Source of the DNA: Candidatus Undinarchaeota archaeon
Lineage (GTDB): Archaea; SpSt-1190; JASMDC01
DNA length: 64,000 bases
NCBI GenBank assembly: GCA_964519305.1
Contig: CAZFHY010000007.1
Span: 32,001 to 96,000 of the forward strand
Direction: 5' to 3'
Shown: piece after piece, positions 1-10,057 of the stretch
Position numbering within the stretch: the stretch's first letter is position 1
How the letters are laid out: every line of letters starts with the position of its first letter
Program-made: the position numbers and the translations under genes
The notes under the pieces: model-generated
What the model was told of the DNA's origin: nothing
Databases searched by the model: none
The model's input: the letters and a program-made list of their open reading frames with translations, nothing else

Positions 1-115
1 CATCGATGGTCCTGGTGTGATGGACCTCTTCGTGCATGGGGCCCTCTCCCACTTCGATGATCCTCGTCATTATCAGTTTCCTCCCTATACTAGCGCGTCC
101 AACGACATGTCCAAG

Positions 116-805
116 TTATTTATTATTACTCTTACGAAACACGTCAAGGAAACGGACCTCGTCCTTCTTGACGTATTCCATGATCTCATTGGCTATTTTA
201 AGCTTGTAGGAGCGCGGGAATACCGAAGGCTCCTCGGGGACCACGATAGCGACGTCCTTCTTTCCGACAGTGATGTTGAATTCCTCAACCGGGAGGTCGA
301 GGTTGATCTTGAGGACGGCCTGGACCATTTCCTCTTCCTTCTTCACCTTGTCGCGTACGTCCACCTCGTATACGAGTGTCTTGCCAGCGAGCGGGTGGTT
401 GAAGTCAACGACGACTCTACCGCCGCTCACAGACGCAACGGTGCCGCTATCATTGTTCAGAGAGACGCTCATACCGGGGTATGGATTGATCCGCTGTTTC
501 TTGAACTCCCGCATTGGCACGAGCTTGCGCCTTGAGGGATCTCGAGCACCGAATGCCTGGTCGGGGGGGAGCTCGACTGTCATCGAGCCTCCTACCTTCG
601 AACCAACGAGCGCGTCTTCAAGACCTTTGATAAGGTGTCCTGCGCCGATGATGATCGTGCGAGGACCATAGCTCCCCTGAGGATCGAACACGTTCTCCTG
701 ACGTGCCTGCTCCTCGGACGTGAGGTCAAAGACCTTTCCTGTCTCTTTGATTCGACCGACATAGTCCAAGAGTATGAAATCGCCCTTTTCGATTTTTCCT
801 GCCAT
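116..805 (-). CDS. slyD: FKBP-type peptidyl-prolyl cis-trans isomerase (archaeal long-type SlyD)
   Basis: IEKGDFILLDYVGRIKETGKVFDLT, LIKGLEDAL and VVVDFNHPLAGKTLVYEV motifs. Start moved to the ATG at 805, which has a GGAGGTGG RBS at 813-820 (minus strand). Confidence 0.9.
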   Translation of the reverse strand: MAGKIEKGDFILLDYVGRIKETGKVFDLTSEEQARQENVFDPQGSYGPRTIIIGAGHLIKGLEDALVGSKVGGSMTVELPPDQAFGARDPSRRKLVPMREFKKQRINPYPGMSVSLNNDSGTVASVSGGRVVVDFNHPLAGKTLVYEVDVRDKVKKEEEMVQAVLKINLDLPVEEFNITVGKKDVAIVVPEEPSVFPRSYKLKIANEIMEYVKKDEVRFLDVFRKSNNK

Positions 806-913
806 GGTAGTACCACCTCCTATTGGGACAAGGAGCCCCAAAAGGAGAATGACGCAAGAAACCCCTGTTTTTAAAAAAGTATCCCTTCACGCAGGCCGCC
901 GTCATTTGTTTTT

Positions 914-1540
914 TCATTCCGGGTTGTGCGTAACTAATAGGTCGATGAAGTTGTTCACGATGATCTCACCATGGGTGTTGTCCTTTCCATGCTTGTGCAT
1001 TAGATCAGTCACCTCGGGGTGGAACTGAACACACCAGATAGGACGATTATTATGGGCCATCGCTTCCACCGGGCATTGTTTGGATTTTGCGAGTACTTGG
1101 AATCCTGCCGGAACGCGCATAACCTCGTCCTCATGCCATTCGAAAACGAGGACATTTCCAGGGAGATCTTTGAACAGCGGATGGTCCTCGAGCAACTCGA
1201 CCTCGGTAGGTCCTACTGCCTCGCGATACCCTTCCCCCTTTACAGTCAGTCCACCGAAGGCTTCGGCCACGAGCTGGTGTCCAAAGCAGATTGCCAGCAC
1301 TGGACGGTCAGTACTGCTCAGGAGATCGAGCTCACGAACAACCCATTCCTCTTTCCTGATCTCCCTGAGATAAAAATCTGAACCGCAGAGCATGAGGCCT
1401 GACACAATATTGTTGTCGGGCAGCTCACCTTTATCGGCACGGTAGGTCCGATGTGGGATGTCTCGTTTATCGAGGAGTCGGCGTACCTCCTCGATACAGA
1501 CCGTGCCGGGATGGTGCTGTAGCAGCGCCACGGGGAGCAT
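914..1540 (-). CDS. Class I glutamine amidotransferase (GuaA-like GATase domain)
   Basis: PVLAICFGHQ nucleophile elbow, WHEDEV, and VQFHPE catalytic His-Glu. Confidence 0.9.
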   Translation of the reverse strand: MLPVALLQHHPGTVCIEEVRRLLDKRDIPHRTYRADKGELPDNNIVSGLMLCGSDFYLREIRKEEWVVRELDLLSSTDRPVLAICFGHQLVAEAFGGLTVKGEGYREAVGPTEVELLEDHPLFKDLPGNVLVFEWHEDEVMRVPAGFQVLAKSKQCPVEAMAHNNRPIWCVQFHPEVTDLMHKHGKDNTHGEIIVNNFIDLLVTHNPE

Positions 1541-1637
1541 GAGCGCGGGGACGGTAGCTCAGGTTTAAACGTGTTCCGCGCGCGTTGAATCTGGCACTTG
1601 AGTACGTTAATAAATCATGAGACCACAGCCATGATAG

Positions 1638-1952
1638 ATGGTCATCTCTAAGATGCAAGGGGAGACCGTTGACCTCGAGGGGCTCATGGGGCTTTTCTTC
1701 CGTAGCCGATACAAGACTATCGCCATCAAGTCCCTGCAGACACTTCAGCAGAGAAGGATGACGACTAAAGAGCTCGCTGAAGTAATCGGGGAGTCACGTA
1801 CATCTGTGAGTGATGTCGTCAAGCGTATGGAGCGCCTTGGTATACTACAGAGGGAATGGCGATACTCACCGTGGTCCGTTTCCTCCCAGTTAGGGCGAAG
1901 GTTCAACCGGTATTATAACTTCTGGAAACGATTCCACTCCGAATCCATATGA
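1638..1952 (+). CDS. Winged helix-turn-helix DNA-binding protein (MarR/TrmB-like)
   Basis: MTTKELAEVIGESRTSVSDVVKRMERLGIL has a wHTH pattern. Confidence 0.75.
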   Translation: MVISKMQGETVDLEGLMGLFFRSRYKTIAIKSLQTLQQRRMTTKELAEVIGESRTSVSDVVKRMERLGILQREWRYSPWSVSSQLGRRFNRYYNFWKRFHSESI

Positions 1953-1956
1953 CCAA

Positions 1957-3870
1957 TCAAGGAATTGGCCTGCGCTTGCGCCTGTTTGTGCCCGGGGTTC
2001 CGGAGACGTCATCGCCATCAGAGTCTCTACTACGACTGCCACTCATGAAATAGGAGTAGATACCATCGGTACCTCGACCTATAGCTCCCGAAGCCTTAGC
2101 ACGTTCAATCTTGCGATGGAACTCCTTGTTCTCGAAGAGCATGGACTCGGATAAATGGAGCTTCTTCAACTCCTTCTCAGAGAGCAGTTCACCCTCTCTC
2201 TCTTTGTGATAAGCACCCGATGCACAGAATGAGCACAGGCCCCCGTGCGTGGCCGGGCGTTTCCCACATTTCTGGCACATCATCGCATACCCCAGTTCCT
2301 TGTCGAAGCGTCCAAGGAGCTTCTCGACGAGTGCTCCGGAGATACCGTACGCGAGCTTAATTCCGCCGACGGCCAGCAACACGGATACTATGAGGACCGC
2401 CATGGCACTAAGAAGGGTGCTCTGTTTGCGCATCTCACGTTTCCCTGAATCGAGGTACACACAGAAATGACCTGAACCGCATTCACCACCAGTTGAACAG
2501 TCATCATCCGAACGGCAACAGTCCATGCCGGTATAGCAGCATAGCCCTTTCGAACAATGACCACTCTTGCAGTTCTGGCTAGATGTGCAGTTAAGGCCGT
2601 CCTTGAGTGTGATACATATCCCGTTCTCGCACAGATATGATCCGCACTGGTCCGCAAAGGTACATGGATTATCGTTCTCTAGACCTGAGCAGGTCATGTT
2701 CCCACACATACCGCTCCTGCACTCGATGTCATAGACACACGCCGAGTTATGGTCGAGCGCGGCGCACTTCCCTGCGATGCAATGATAGCTCGTACACTCG
2801 TGGTCCAGGACACAGTTATCTCCGTTATCGAGAGTGATACAAATCTTCTCGCTACAGTGTCGTGTTGTGCATGCGACGTCCCGGTCACATTGTTCACCAC
2901 GGAGGCCGCGCGCTGCGCAGGTGTCCACCTTACAATACCCACTATAACATTCCTTGTCGGAACCGCATGAGAGTCCGTCCTCGATAAGTTCGCACGTACC
3001 CTGGATGCAGTGGCGAGTCTCACATTCCTTGTCATTCGTGCATTTCTCGCCACGAACACGCAACTGACAGATACCTCCTTTACAGGTAAGGTACTGGGGA
3101 CAGCCACAATCTGTACAGCACGAGTTGTAGTTCTCTGTACCATCGCAGAAACCATCACCACAGAAGAACGTGTAGCATCCGTTTGCTTCTGCCCTGTGAC
3201 GTTCGGGGAGGCAGTGGGAGCCCGTTGAACAAGGGCAGTCCGACGGATCGGTATCGCATCTTTCACCTATGTCAGAATCACATTCATTATCGCCTGCCTT
3301 CGCCCTTCTGAGACAAGTGATGATTGCAGATTGGTCCGCGAGTCGTTTACAGTAGGGGATGGCGGCCGTCTTGTCCGTAAGGAGCAATGTGTTGGCGACT
3401 GCGGTGATGCACGGCCCTTGGAGATCCGGTGTGGTGATGCTCGAGCAGATTGTGCCCGAAACCAAAGGATCATTCTCCACATGGATGTCGGCGATGTCCT
3501 TCAGGCAGCCATCTCTTTCGTTCACAGATCCAATGTCCGTGCATATGTCTGCACCAACATCGATGTGGGTCGTACCTATGTTCTCGCCGACGGACCGCAT
3601 GCAGGTATCGCGGTTCCACTGGCCGTGTCCGTCACGCACGAGTACCTCGCAGAGACCGAGAGATATTTTGAGATAGACCTCCTTCTCATGTTCGTCATTG
3701 GTTCTCCCATAGTACTCGGCCAAGTCACTCGCGTGGTCGAAGTAGCATGTGGCGCGACGACCGGGATGGAGAAATGCTTCACACTCCTCGACCACAGCAT
3801 CCTCCTTTGGTACCTCGCCCACGACAAGGCACAGGATCAATGCGAGGGCGAGAACAGCTCCTCTTCTCAA
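1957..3870 (-). CDS. Cys-rich single-pass membrane surface protein
   Basis: Signal peptide; helical CxxI...RDxC repeats; CGDGFCD module; seven ~25-aa CxxDxxCxSxxCxxxxC repeats; TM segment LLSAMAVLIVSVLLAVGGI; cytoplasmic zinc ribbon CQKC..CSFC. Confidence 0.8.
   Translation of the reverse strand: MRRGAVLALALILCLVVGEVPKEDAVVEECEAFLHPGRRATCYFDHASDLAEYYGRTNDEHEKEVYLKISLGLCEVLVRDGHGQWNRDTCMRSVGENIGTTHIDVGADICTDIGSVNERDGCLKDIADIHVENDPLVSGTICSSITTPDLQGPCITAVANTLLLTDKTAAIPYCKRLADQSAIITCLRRAKAGDNECDSDIGERCDTDPSDCPCSTGSHCLPERHRAEANGCYTFFCGDGFCDGTENYNSCCTDCGCPQYLTCKGGICQLRVRGEKCTNDKECETRHCIQGTCELIEDGLSCGSDKECYSGYCKVDTCAARGLRGEQCDRDVACTTRHCSEKICITLDNGDNCVLDHECTSYHCIAGKCAALDHNSACVYDIECRSGMCGNMTCSGLENDNPCTFADQCGSYLCENGICITLKDGLNCTSSQNCKSGHCSKGLCCYTGMDCCRSDDDCSTGGECGSGHFCVYLDSGKREMRKQSTLLSAMAVLIVSVLLAVGGIKLAYGISGALVEKLLGRFDKELGYAMMCQKCGKRPATHGGLCSFCASGAYHKEREGELLSEKELKKLHLSESMLFENKEFHRKIERAKASGAIGRGTDGIYSYFMSGSRSRDSDGDDVSGTPGTNRRKRRPIP
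2530..3055 (-). repeat. Seven tandem ~25-aa four-Cys repeats
   Basis: RGEKCTNDKECETRHCIQGTC / DGLSCGSDKECYSGYCKVDTC / ... / DGLNCTSSQNCKSGHCSKGLC. Boundaries approximate. Confidence 0.8.
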
Positions 3871-3889
3871 CGGGACGACGGGGTGTGCA

Positions 3890-3960
3890 AATCCTTAAAA
3901 AAAGAGGCTTTGGGGTGCATGAACAAGGGGAGCTTGTCCTCCATGGTAGCTTTTTAAAGC
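3890..3960. promoter_or_regulatory. Divergent archaeal TATA boxes
   Basis: TTTTTAAAG at 3951-3959 lies about 25 nt before ATG 3985. TTTTTTTAAG on the minus strand (~3895-3903) lies about 25 nt before the 3870 start. Confidence 0.6.
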
Positions 3961-3984
3961 TTCATTTGTATTTATTGATGCAAG

Positions 3985-6279
3985 ATGGAGCTACTCGTTC
4001 GGAAAACAGTGCTCCTTTCATTCCTGCTATTCCTAACTGCACTTGGACAAGCGGATAATCCTGATCCTTCGAAGGTGGACATACTCTACGATCACTTCTC
4101 CTTCCAGACCATTATACTCGTCGATTGTCTTTGGGTCCTTTCGTTCTTTCTCATCCTCGTATACACGGCCGAGATAAAACGTCACATAGTCTCGAAACTT
4201 TGGGACTACGTGAGTATGGGGCAGATCCTTTTCCTTATCGGTATAATCTTCATCCAGGCCAGTATATTCTCGACCCCTGTCGATCAGGTCTTCGCGACCG
4301 ACGAGACCGCGCGATTCATGATGGGCTGGGCAAAGATTATCCTTCTTTTCGCAATAGTCATTGCCGGTATCCTCTTCTTCGTCGAATGGCTCGCCATTTT
4401 CAATATTACGCCGACCATCATGTCAACTGGCAATCTTCCCTTTCTCGGATTGTCGATAGTCCTTACGATACTTGGGACCACGATTCCGATCTACTGGCAT
4501 CCAACCATTGTATTTGGGCCTGAGGTCATTCTTTTCCCAATCATTGCGCTCGCAGCGTTCATGGCCGTGACCATTTACTTCACATCGATGGGATTCCTAA
4601 TCCTACGCGAGCTCCCCCAGCTCAGGCGGTTCAAGTGGATGCTGGGATACTCACTTCTCCTGTCTGTGTTCGTTGTTATCGTCGTCGTGGACTTCCTTGC
4701 GTTCTACTCGCAACCAGAGAGCCCCATACCTCAGAACGTTGTATTCTTCGTCTTTGCGGGGATCAGCTTTCTCTTTGCAGGGTATGTGCTCGAGACAAAG
4801 GCAGTAGTCATCTTCGCTCAACAGTTCATCGTTAAGGAGAAGAAGGAGCACAACGTGAGCGGCACCCGCATAGGCTACGTCCTCGATAATCTGGCGAAGA
4901 AGTTCATGCGAACGACAAAGCTTGAATCGATCGTTGAGTCCAATTCTATCGAGGGTCTAGAATTCAGTGTGAAAGAAAGGTCGTTCATATTAGATGGGAT
5001 TGAAATCGATGATGAAAAGAACCAGGAAAAGTTGTCCCGACTATTCCTCGATATGTGGGACCTCATTATCGATTCAAGTCCACCGGAAACCATAACGGAT
5101 TATGATACCGTTGCGCTCCGTAATGAGTTCAAGGCAGAACTGTCTAGTGCAGAGGACAAACTACCGCCTCCTATTGCAGGCCGGATCCTTCCCCCGCGAA
5201 TGATACTTAAGGGTATGCTCGATGATATCGTGAACACGTTCTATCGCCTGTTTCCCGAGAGTAAGGAGTTCGGTTCACAAGTAAGTAAAAGCGTCAAGAA
5301 GGCGTTCGGCCCGGAGCATCTTAGGACCCTTGAGAAACTCGAGCGGTTCGATCCCGAGACCTATCTGGACAGATTGGAGATCAAGGATGATGAGGAGCTT
5401 ATTGCACGTGTATCCCGTGACTATCTGACCTTCTACCGACATGTCTGTAAGACCGCGAAAAAGATGGTAGACCGAAAGCGAGCTAGGGAACTGATCAGCC
5501 AGGCGATAGAGGATGCTGCACAGAATCCGATATATATCTCATCAGGTCTTTCGGATATGATTGGTAATGCGCTCTTCGCGACCGAACACTCATGGGGGAA
5601 CAACGTACTTGATCGCGAGTTCGAATTGCTTAACGCCTCATATTCCGTCATGACGTCGTTCCCACCCGACTTCTTCAAAGAACAGTTCTATGCGAGTATG
5701 ATCGATCGCAGCATCAAGCACCACAGGAATGCTATCTGGATAACTTCGACAAAACTTTCAGTGGTCAAACACCTCCTCGCTGAGAACATGAACGTCGAGG
5801 AACACCTCGATAATAACCGTCTCAAACTGCTCATACTGGATCCAAACTTGGAGGAGGCTGTTGAAAAAGGCCATAATTGCTACCTTGTTCCTCCAGGATT
5901 CAACAAGCTCGCCATGCAGTCAAAGATCGTGCTTGAAGACCTTCCCCCGAGTGGGAACGTTGTCGTGCTCGAACTACCAATAACGGCCATGAAGGCAGAG
6001 ACCACGCTCCTGTATAAGTTCATCTACCATATCAAGTCGATGTGCGAGAAGTATAACGCGACGCTCGTCATCGGTGTGAATCCAGTAATCCTTTCAGAAG
6101 AGGATATGGGGATGTTCAAGAACATCTGTGAAATCACAATCGAGGTCAAAGATGACATCATGAATATCCATCGCATGGACGGCCCCCGAGCTGCTGTCGA
6201 AGTAGCTGAGCAGAGCGGGATGCTCATGTATCGTCCGAAGGAGAAATCTGAAAAACCAAAAGACAATAGTGAAGCATAG
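3985..6279 (+). CDS. Polytopic membrane protein with C-terminal degenerate KaiC/RecA-like domain
   Basis: About 7-8 hydrophobic segments in the N-terminal 280 aa. C-terminal SVMTSFPPDFFKEQF...AIWITS...VVVLE resembles a RecA-fold with a degenerate Walker A. Confidence 0.65.
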   Translation: MELLVRKTVLLSFLLFLTALGQADNPDPSKVDILYDHFSFQTIILVDCLWVLSFFLILVYTAEIKRHIVSKLWDYVSMGQILFLIGIIFIQASIFSTPVDQVFATDETARFMMGWAKIILLFAIVIAGILFFVEWLAIFNITPTIMSTGNLPFLGLSIVLTILGTTIPIYWHPTIVFGPEVILFPIIALAAFMAVTIYFTSMGFLILRELPQLRRFKWMLGYSLLLSVFVVIVVVDFLAFYSQPESPIPQNVVFFVFAGISFLFAGYVLETKAVVIFAQQFIVKEKKEHNVSGTRIGYVLDNLAKKFMRTTKLESIVESNSIEGLEFSVKERSFILDGIEIDDEKNQEKLSRLFLDMWDLIIDSSPPETITDYDTVALRNEFKAELSSAEDKLPPPIAGRILPPRMILKGMLDDIVNTFYRLFPESKEFGSQVSKSVKKAFGPEHLRTLEKLERFDPETYLDRLEIKDDEELIARVSRDYLTFYRHVCKTAKKMVDRKRARELISQAIEDAAQNPIYISSGLSDMIGNALFATEHSWGNNVLDREFELLNASYSVMTSFPPDFFKEQFYASMIDRSIKHHRNAIWITSTKLSVVKHLLAENMNVEEHLDNNRLKLLILDPNLEEAVEKGHNCYLVPPGFNKLAMQSKIVLEDLPPSGNVVVLELPITAMKAETTLLYKFIYHIKSMCEKYNATLVIGVNPVILSEEDMGMFKNICEITIEVKDDIMNIHRMDGPRAAVEVAEQSGMLMYRPKEKSEKPKDNSEA

Positions 6280-6315
6280 TCATCTTCGATGGTCTTCAAA
6301 GGCCGACTAGATAAA

Positions 6316-6594
6316 TCATCTACTCGTACCCATGACTTCTGAGAGCATCTTCTCCAGTTGTGTCAGCCGACCGCGCATTTCCGTCACGTCTGCCTCAAGC
6401 GTAGAGATCTGGACGCTTTGATCACGGTTCTCCTTCCGTAATGTCTTGGCCCTCTCCCTAAGGTCGAGTCTTTGCTCTCGAAGGGAGGCAAGGTTGTTCT
6501 TGATATTACCGTGAGCCTCATCAACGATCCCTTGTACCGGGTCCTTTTGATTCGTTCCCATGAGATGTGACGCCTTCCTTTCGCTAGGGACCAC
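6316..6594 (-). CDS. Small coiled-coil protein
   Basis: Heptad-rich LREQRLDLRERAKTLRKEN...LTQLEKML; overlaps the stop of the upstream gene. Confidence 0.6.
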   Translation of the reverse strand: MVPSERKASHLMGTNQKDPVQGIVDEAHGNIKNNLASLREQRLDLRERAKTLRKENRDQSVQISTLEADVTEMRGRLTQLEKMLSEVMGTSR

Positions 6595-7597
6595 GTGCTG
6601 CGATGGACTCGAGTTTCGCTAGCATCTTGGAGTACTTTTCATGTTGTTGATCATACTGAGCCTCATTGATCTTTTCCTCGAGAAGGAGGTCATCAAGTTT
6701 CTCGATCTTTGCCTTAACCTTTGGGATGACAGCACGCGCATACTCGGGAGTGACCTTTCGTTTGCCGGGATCAGTGGGTGCAGGGGTAGTTACTGCTGGT
6801 CGAGGTGCAGGTTCCGGCTTGGTCGCAGGAGCAACGGGCGCAGGGGTGCTTGCGTTGTCAGCCTCCTCTGCGTCGAGGACATCTCCAAATGGATCTTCAG
6901 AGTCCACTACGGGCGGCGCAGCTGTCTTGACGGGAGCAGCGGCCGCATCCAGGAGGTCGCCTACGAGGTCTCCAGTCGCGGGCGGTGCCCGAGTGGGTTC
7001 TACGACCTTCCTTATGGTGGGTTGGACCCTTTGAACGGTCGGAGCCCTTTGGCGTTGGCCCCGTGTCTGGATCATCGTCTTGCCACGGGACCGGATGAAA
7101 GTATGCCAAGCTTCAGCATAATGTTCCTCATCGAACACGATCGACACCCTACCATGGGGCGTTAGAGCATCTAGTTGAGTTCCCGCGTAGGCGATCTTTG
7201 AAATGGCCTCTAGCTGTGTTCGATAAAGACCGCCTGACTCCTCATCCTGAAAATAAAACGCACGGTCCGTGAGGCACTCCGTAATCACTTTCCGGCTTAT
7301 GATGGTCCCTTTGGACGTCATGGCGAATGCACCAACAATGATCGCACCGTATACGACAATCCCTAATACTTTGAAAATCACCAGGAATACAAGTGCGAGG
7401 ACTACTGCGGCGCCAGCAGCTACTTGCATGTTATTCTTGACATAGGTTACCGATGGTGGTTCTTCTTGGCTATCTATCTCGAGCTTCTCTCGAACATATG
7501 CGATACGCTCATCCGGTAGAACATCTGGAACGATATCTGACGCGTTATCAATTTCAGATGTGCCTTGTGGGACCTCAGAGGAAGCTATCTTGCTCAC
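6584..7597 (-). CDS. Membrane protein with PH-like domain, Pro/Ala linker and SHOCT-like C-terminus
   Basis: Two TM segments; ECLTDRAFYF PH-like motif; C-terminal KIEKLDDLLLEEKINEAQYDQQ. Confidence 0.6.
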   Translation of the reverse strand: MSKIASSEVPQGTSEIDNASDIVPDVLPDERIAYVREKLEIDSQEEPPSVTYVKNNMQVAAGAAVVLALVFLVIFKVLGIVVYGAIIVGAFAMTSKGTIISRKVITECLTDRAFYFQDEESGGLYRTQLEAISKIAYAGTQLDALTPHGRVSIVFDEEHYAEAWHTFIRSRGKTMIQTRGQRQRAPTVQRVQPTIRKVVEPTRAPPATGDLVGDLLDAAAAPVKTAAPPVVDSEDPFGDVLDAEEADNASTPAPVAPATKPEPAPRPAVTTPAPTDPGKRKVTPEYARAVIPKVKAKIEKLDDLLLEEKINEAQYDQQHEKYSKMLAKLESIAARGP

Positions 7598-8234
7598 CTC
7601 CGCTGGCCATGCCGCCCACCTCGAGTTTACGATCCATGAGGTCTACGATAATGTTATTGATCGTTTGGACATCTGCTATCTTGCTCAGCTCTCTGATGTC
7701 ACCAAGCACATCGGTGACGTACACGCTCCCGAAACCGGTGTAGAGGTTGAATTCGGTCGTGAGCTCAACGATGTCCTTGACTTTCACTTCCTCTCCCTCT
7801 GGTCGGAAGATTATTCGCTGATCTGTGATGATGTATGTTCTATCTTGAACGTCGATCCGGTGGACCGTGCGTTCACCCATCATCGGAAGGAATTGTTTGG
7901 CCTCCTTTCCGGTCATGGCCGTCTTGGTCTTATCCGGAGGTTCCCCGATGATGAATGCGAGGACGATGAGCACTCCACCCAATCCCATGAACTGCTTTGC
8001 GTTCTTGATGGCCTTGTCACCGGCCTCATAGAGACTCTTCATGATGGTCACTACGGGCGAGCTGCCCATCCCCGCGGGCATAGAGGAATCGCTCATGACC
8101 TCCTCCATGTTGTCCACCTGCTCCTTGAGCATGGATAGTACCTTCTCCCGGATCAGATCACCCTGGGAAGAAAGGAAAGCGCCAACTATGATGATGACGA
8201 TTCCCATGATGAGTATGGGTTTGTTAGAACCCAT
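7575..8234 (-). CDS. Membrane protein with bacterial PH-like domain
   Basis: Two hydrophobic segments; TYIITDQRIIF...GFGSVYV pattern typical of bPH domains; TATA-like TTTTTAAAG about 25 nt upstream. Confidence 0.6.
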   Translation of the reverse strand: MGSNKPILIMGIVIIIVGAFLSSQGDLIREKVLSMLKEQVDNMEEVMSDSSMPAGMGSSPVVTIMKSLYEAGDKAIKNAKQFMGLGGVLIVLAFIIGEPPDKTKTAMTGKEAKQFLPMMGERTVHRIDVQDRTYIITDQRIIFRPEGEEVKVKDIVELTTEFNLYTGFGSVYVTDVLGDIRELSKIADVQTINNIIVDLMDRKLEVGGMASGGEQDSFL

Positions 8235-8293
8235 AGGACGGGGGATGCGGACTACCTTTAAAAAGATGTCCCCCGCTGCGCTGCTTTCTTCTT

Positions 8294-8980
8294 TCAGGGC
8301 GTGCTTTTCTTCTTTCTTGGGATGAGCGAATCGATTTTACCTGCGAAGAAAATCAAGATCAAACCTATCGCGATATTGATATAGGTCGCTCGTACGTTCC
8401 CTTTGAACAACATGTCAATGAAACCCGCATGTTCAACCGTTCCCTTTACGATAGCGACCTGATAATCGACCGATTCACCACAGTGTGGCTCATTGACCTC
8501 GAACGCTTTACATGTGAATCCGCATTGGCTACCAATATCATTTGATTCAAGAGATCTTCCCACAACGACATTTCCGTTCTTTAGTAGAAAGGCATAACCT
8601 AGGATTCCACCCTTTCCCTGGACAGCATATACCAAAGGCGAATCCAATGAGAGTGGGCCTTTGTACACCAGAAAAATTATACTGCCCCCCTCCTTTCTGA
8701 TATGCACCGTCGAATCACATCGTACTTGATAATCATTGACGAATCGTATTATCTTGTAGTTTTCTAGCTGCTCATCAAGCTTACCAATAATGGGGTTGAT
8801 TTCCTTGGATTCAGCTCCGGATTCGATGAACAACTTTTCTATGTCCTCTTTTGTAACGACCTCGTACGCGTCTGCACTCGCGTAATTGAAGTTCTTTGCT
8901 CGTACTCCACCGAAGAGGCCGATAAGGAGGAGCATGACACCCAGTACGACAAACTTCGGTGTTGCTGACAAATCAATCAC
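8294..8980 (-). CDS. Hypothetical membrane protein (TM at both termini), low-GC gene
   Basis: Hydrophobic N- and C-termini; two 60-nt lines counted by hand give 37% and 42% GC. Confidence 0.65.
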   Translation of the reverse strand: MIDLSATPKFVVLGVMLLLIGLFGGVRAKNFNYASADAYEVVTKEDIEKLFIESGAESKEINPIIGKLDEQLENYKIIRFVNDYQVRCDSTVHIRKEGGSIIFLVYKGPLSLDSPLVYAVQGKGGILGYAFLLKNGNVVVGRSLESNDIGSQCGFTCKAFEVNEPHCGESVDYQVAIVKGTVEHAGFIDMLFKGNVRATYINIAIGLILIFFAGKIDSLIPRKKKSTP

Positions 8981-9905
8981 CTAACTGAGCCTTGAGGGTA
9001 AGAGCGCCTTTATGCTTCGGATTAATCTGCAGCGCTTTTGCCACACATTTCTGTGCCGTGGTCGCGTCCCCTGACGTATGAGAGGCTTTTCCGAGGTCTG
9101 TCCAGATGTCGGGATTGTCTGGTCGGGCTTTAACCGCGGCCTTAAGGTGTGCCATCCCTTCAGCCACCTTGCCACTACTTACTTCAGCACCTCCGAGCGC
9201 TCCGATCGCCTCTGGATTGTTCGGGCTCATCTTCACTGCACGTTCGAAAGCCTCAAGGGCGCGAGCTTGGTCACCCATTTCCTCGAAGGTCCGCCCCATG
9301 TTTAAAAGGATAGTGATGTTCTCAGGATCGACGCGAAGGGCACGACGAAGGCAAACGAGCGCTTTGTCCGGAGTGTTTTCCAGACGATATAGCGTAGCCA
9401 TATTGTTCCATGCATCTGTGTCATCAGGCCTGGCTTTCGAAGCGCGTTTATAGCAATTGAGCGCGTTCTTGATATCACCGCTCTTTCTCAGGGCTAATCC
9501 AAGATTGAACCAGGCGTCGACAAGTCCATCATTGAGCTTGACTGCCCGTTTGAGCGCCTTCACACCGTCTTGAAGGGAACCTGTCTGTGAAAGGACAGCA
9601 CCGAGATTGCTCCATGCCTCAGCGTTCTCAGGTGCGGTCCTTACCGCTTGCTGGAGACATTTCAACGCTTGCTGGTCGTCACCAGTATGCATATAGGCTG
9701 AAGCGAGGTTGGTCCATGCTGACACGCGGCCCTTGTCAACACCTAACGCCTTTCTATAACATTCGATGGCCTTCTCACTGTTCCCTTGGAGCTCAAGAGC
9801 GATCCCAAGGACCTCCCATGCATCGGCGTCGTTAGCGTTCTGACGAAGGGCTTCGCGGCATTGGTCCGCGATGTTGTTAACAACCGAATGGTCGAGCTCT
9901 GCCAT
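8973..9905 (-). CDS. Tetratricopeptide repeat protein
   Basis: About eight 34-aa TPR units (AWxNLG...A..C...A....P); TATA-like TTTTTTAAG at 9932-9940 (minus). Confidence 0.92.
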   Translation of the reverse strand: MAELDHSVVNNIADQCREALRQNANDADAWEVLGIALELQGNSEKAIECYRKALGVDKGRVSAWTNLASAYMHTGDDQQALKCLQQAVRTAPENAEAWSNLGAVLSQTGSLQDGVKALKRAVKLNDGLVDAWFNLGLALRKSGDIKNALNCYKRASKARPDDTDAWNNMATLYRLENTPDKALVCLRRALRVDPENITILLNMGRTFEEMGDQARALEAFERAVKMSPNNPEAIGALGGAEVSSGKVAEGMAHLKAAVKARPDNPDIWTDLGKASHTSGDATTAQKCVAKALQINPKHKGALTLKAQLGD

Positions 9906-10057
9906 CTACTATCTTGATGTTTCGGCTAATGCTTAAAAAACCAACCCGCGGGCCTATTCTGTATATACGAACCCAACCATACTTATATAACGGTTTATTA
10001 CTAGTGTCTCGTTCAGTGATAGCGGGGACTATATTTGGCCGACGCCGACACGTGCGA

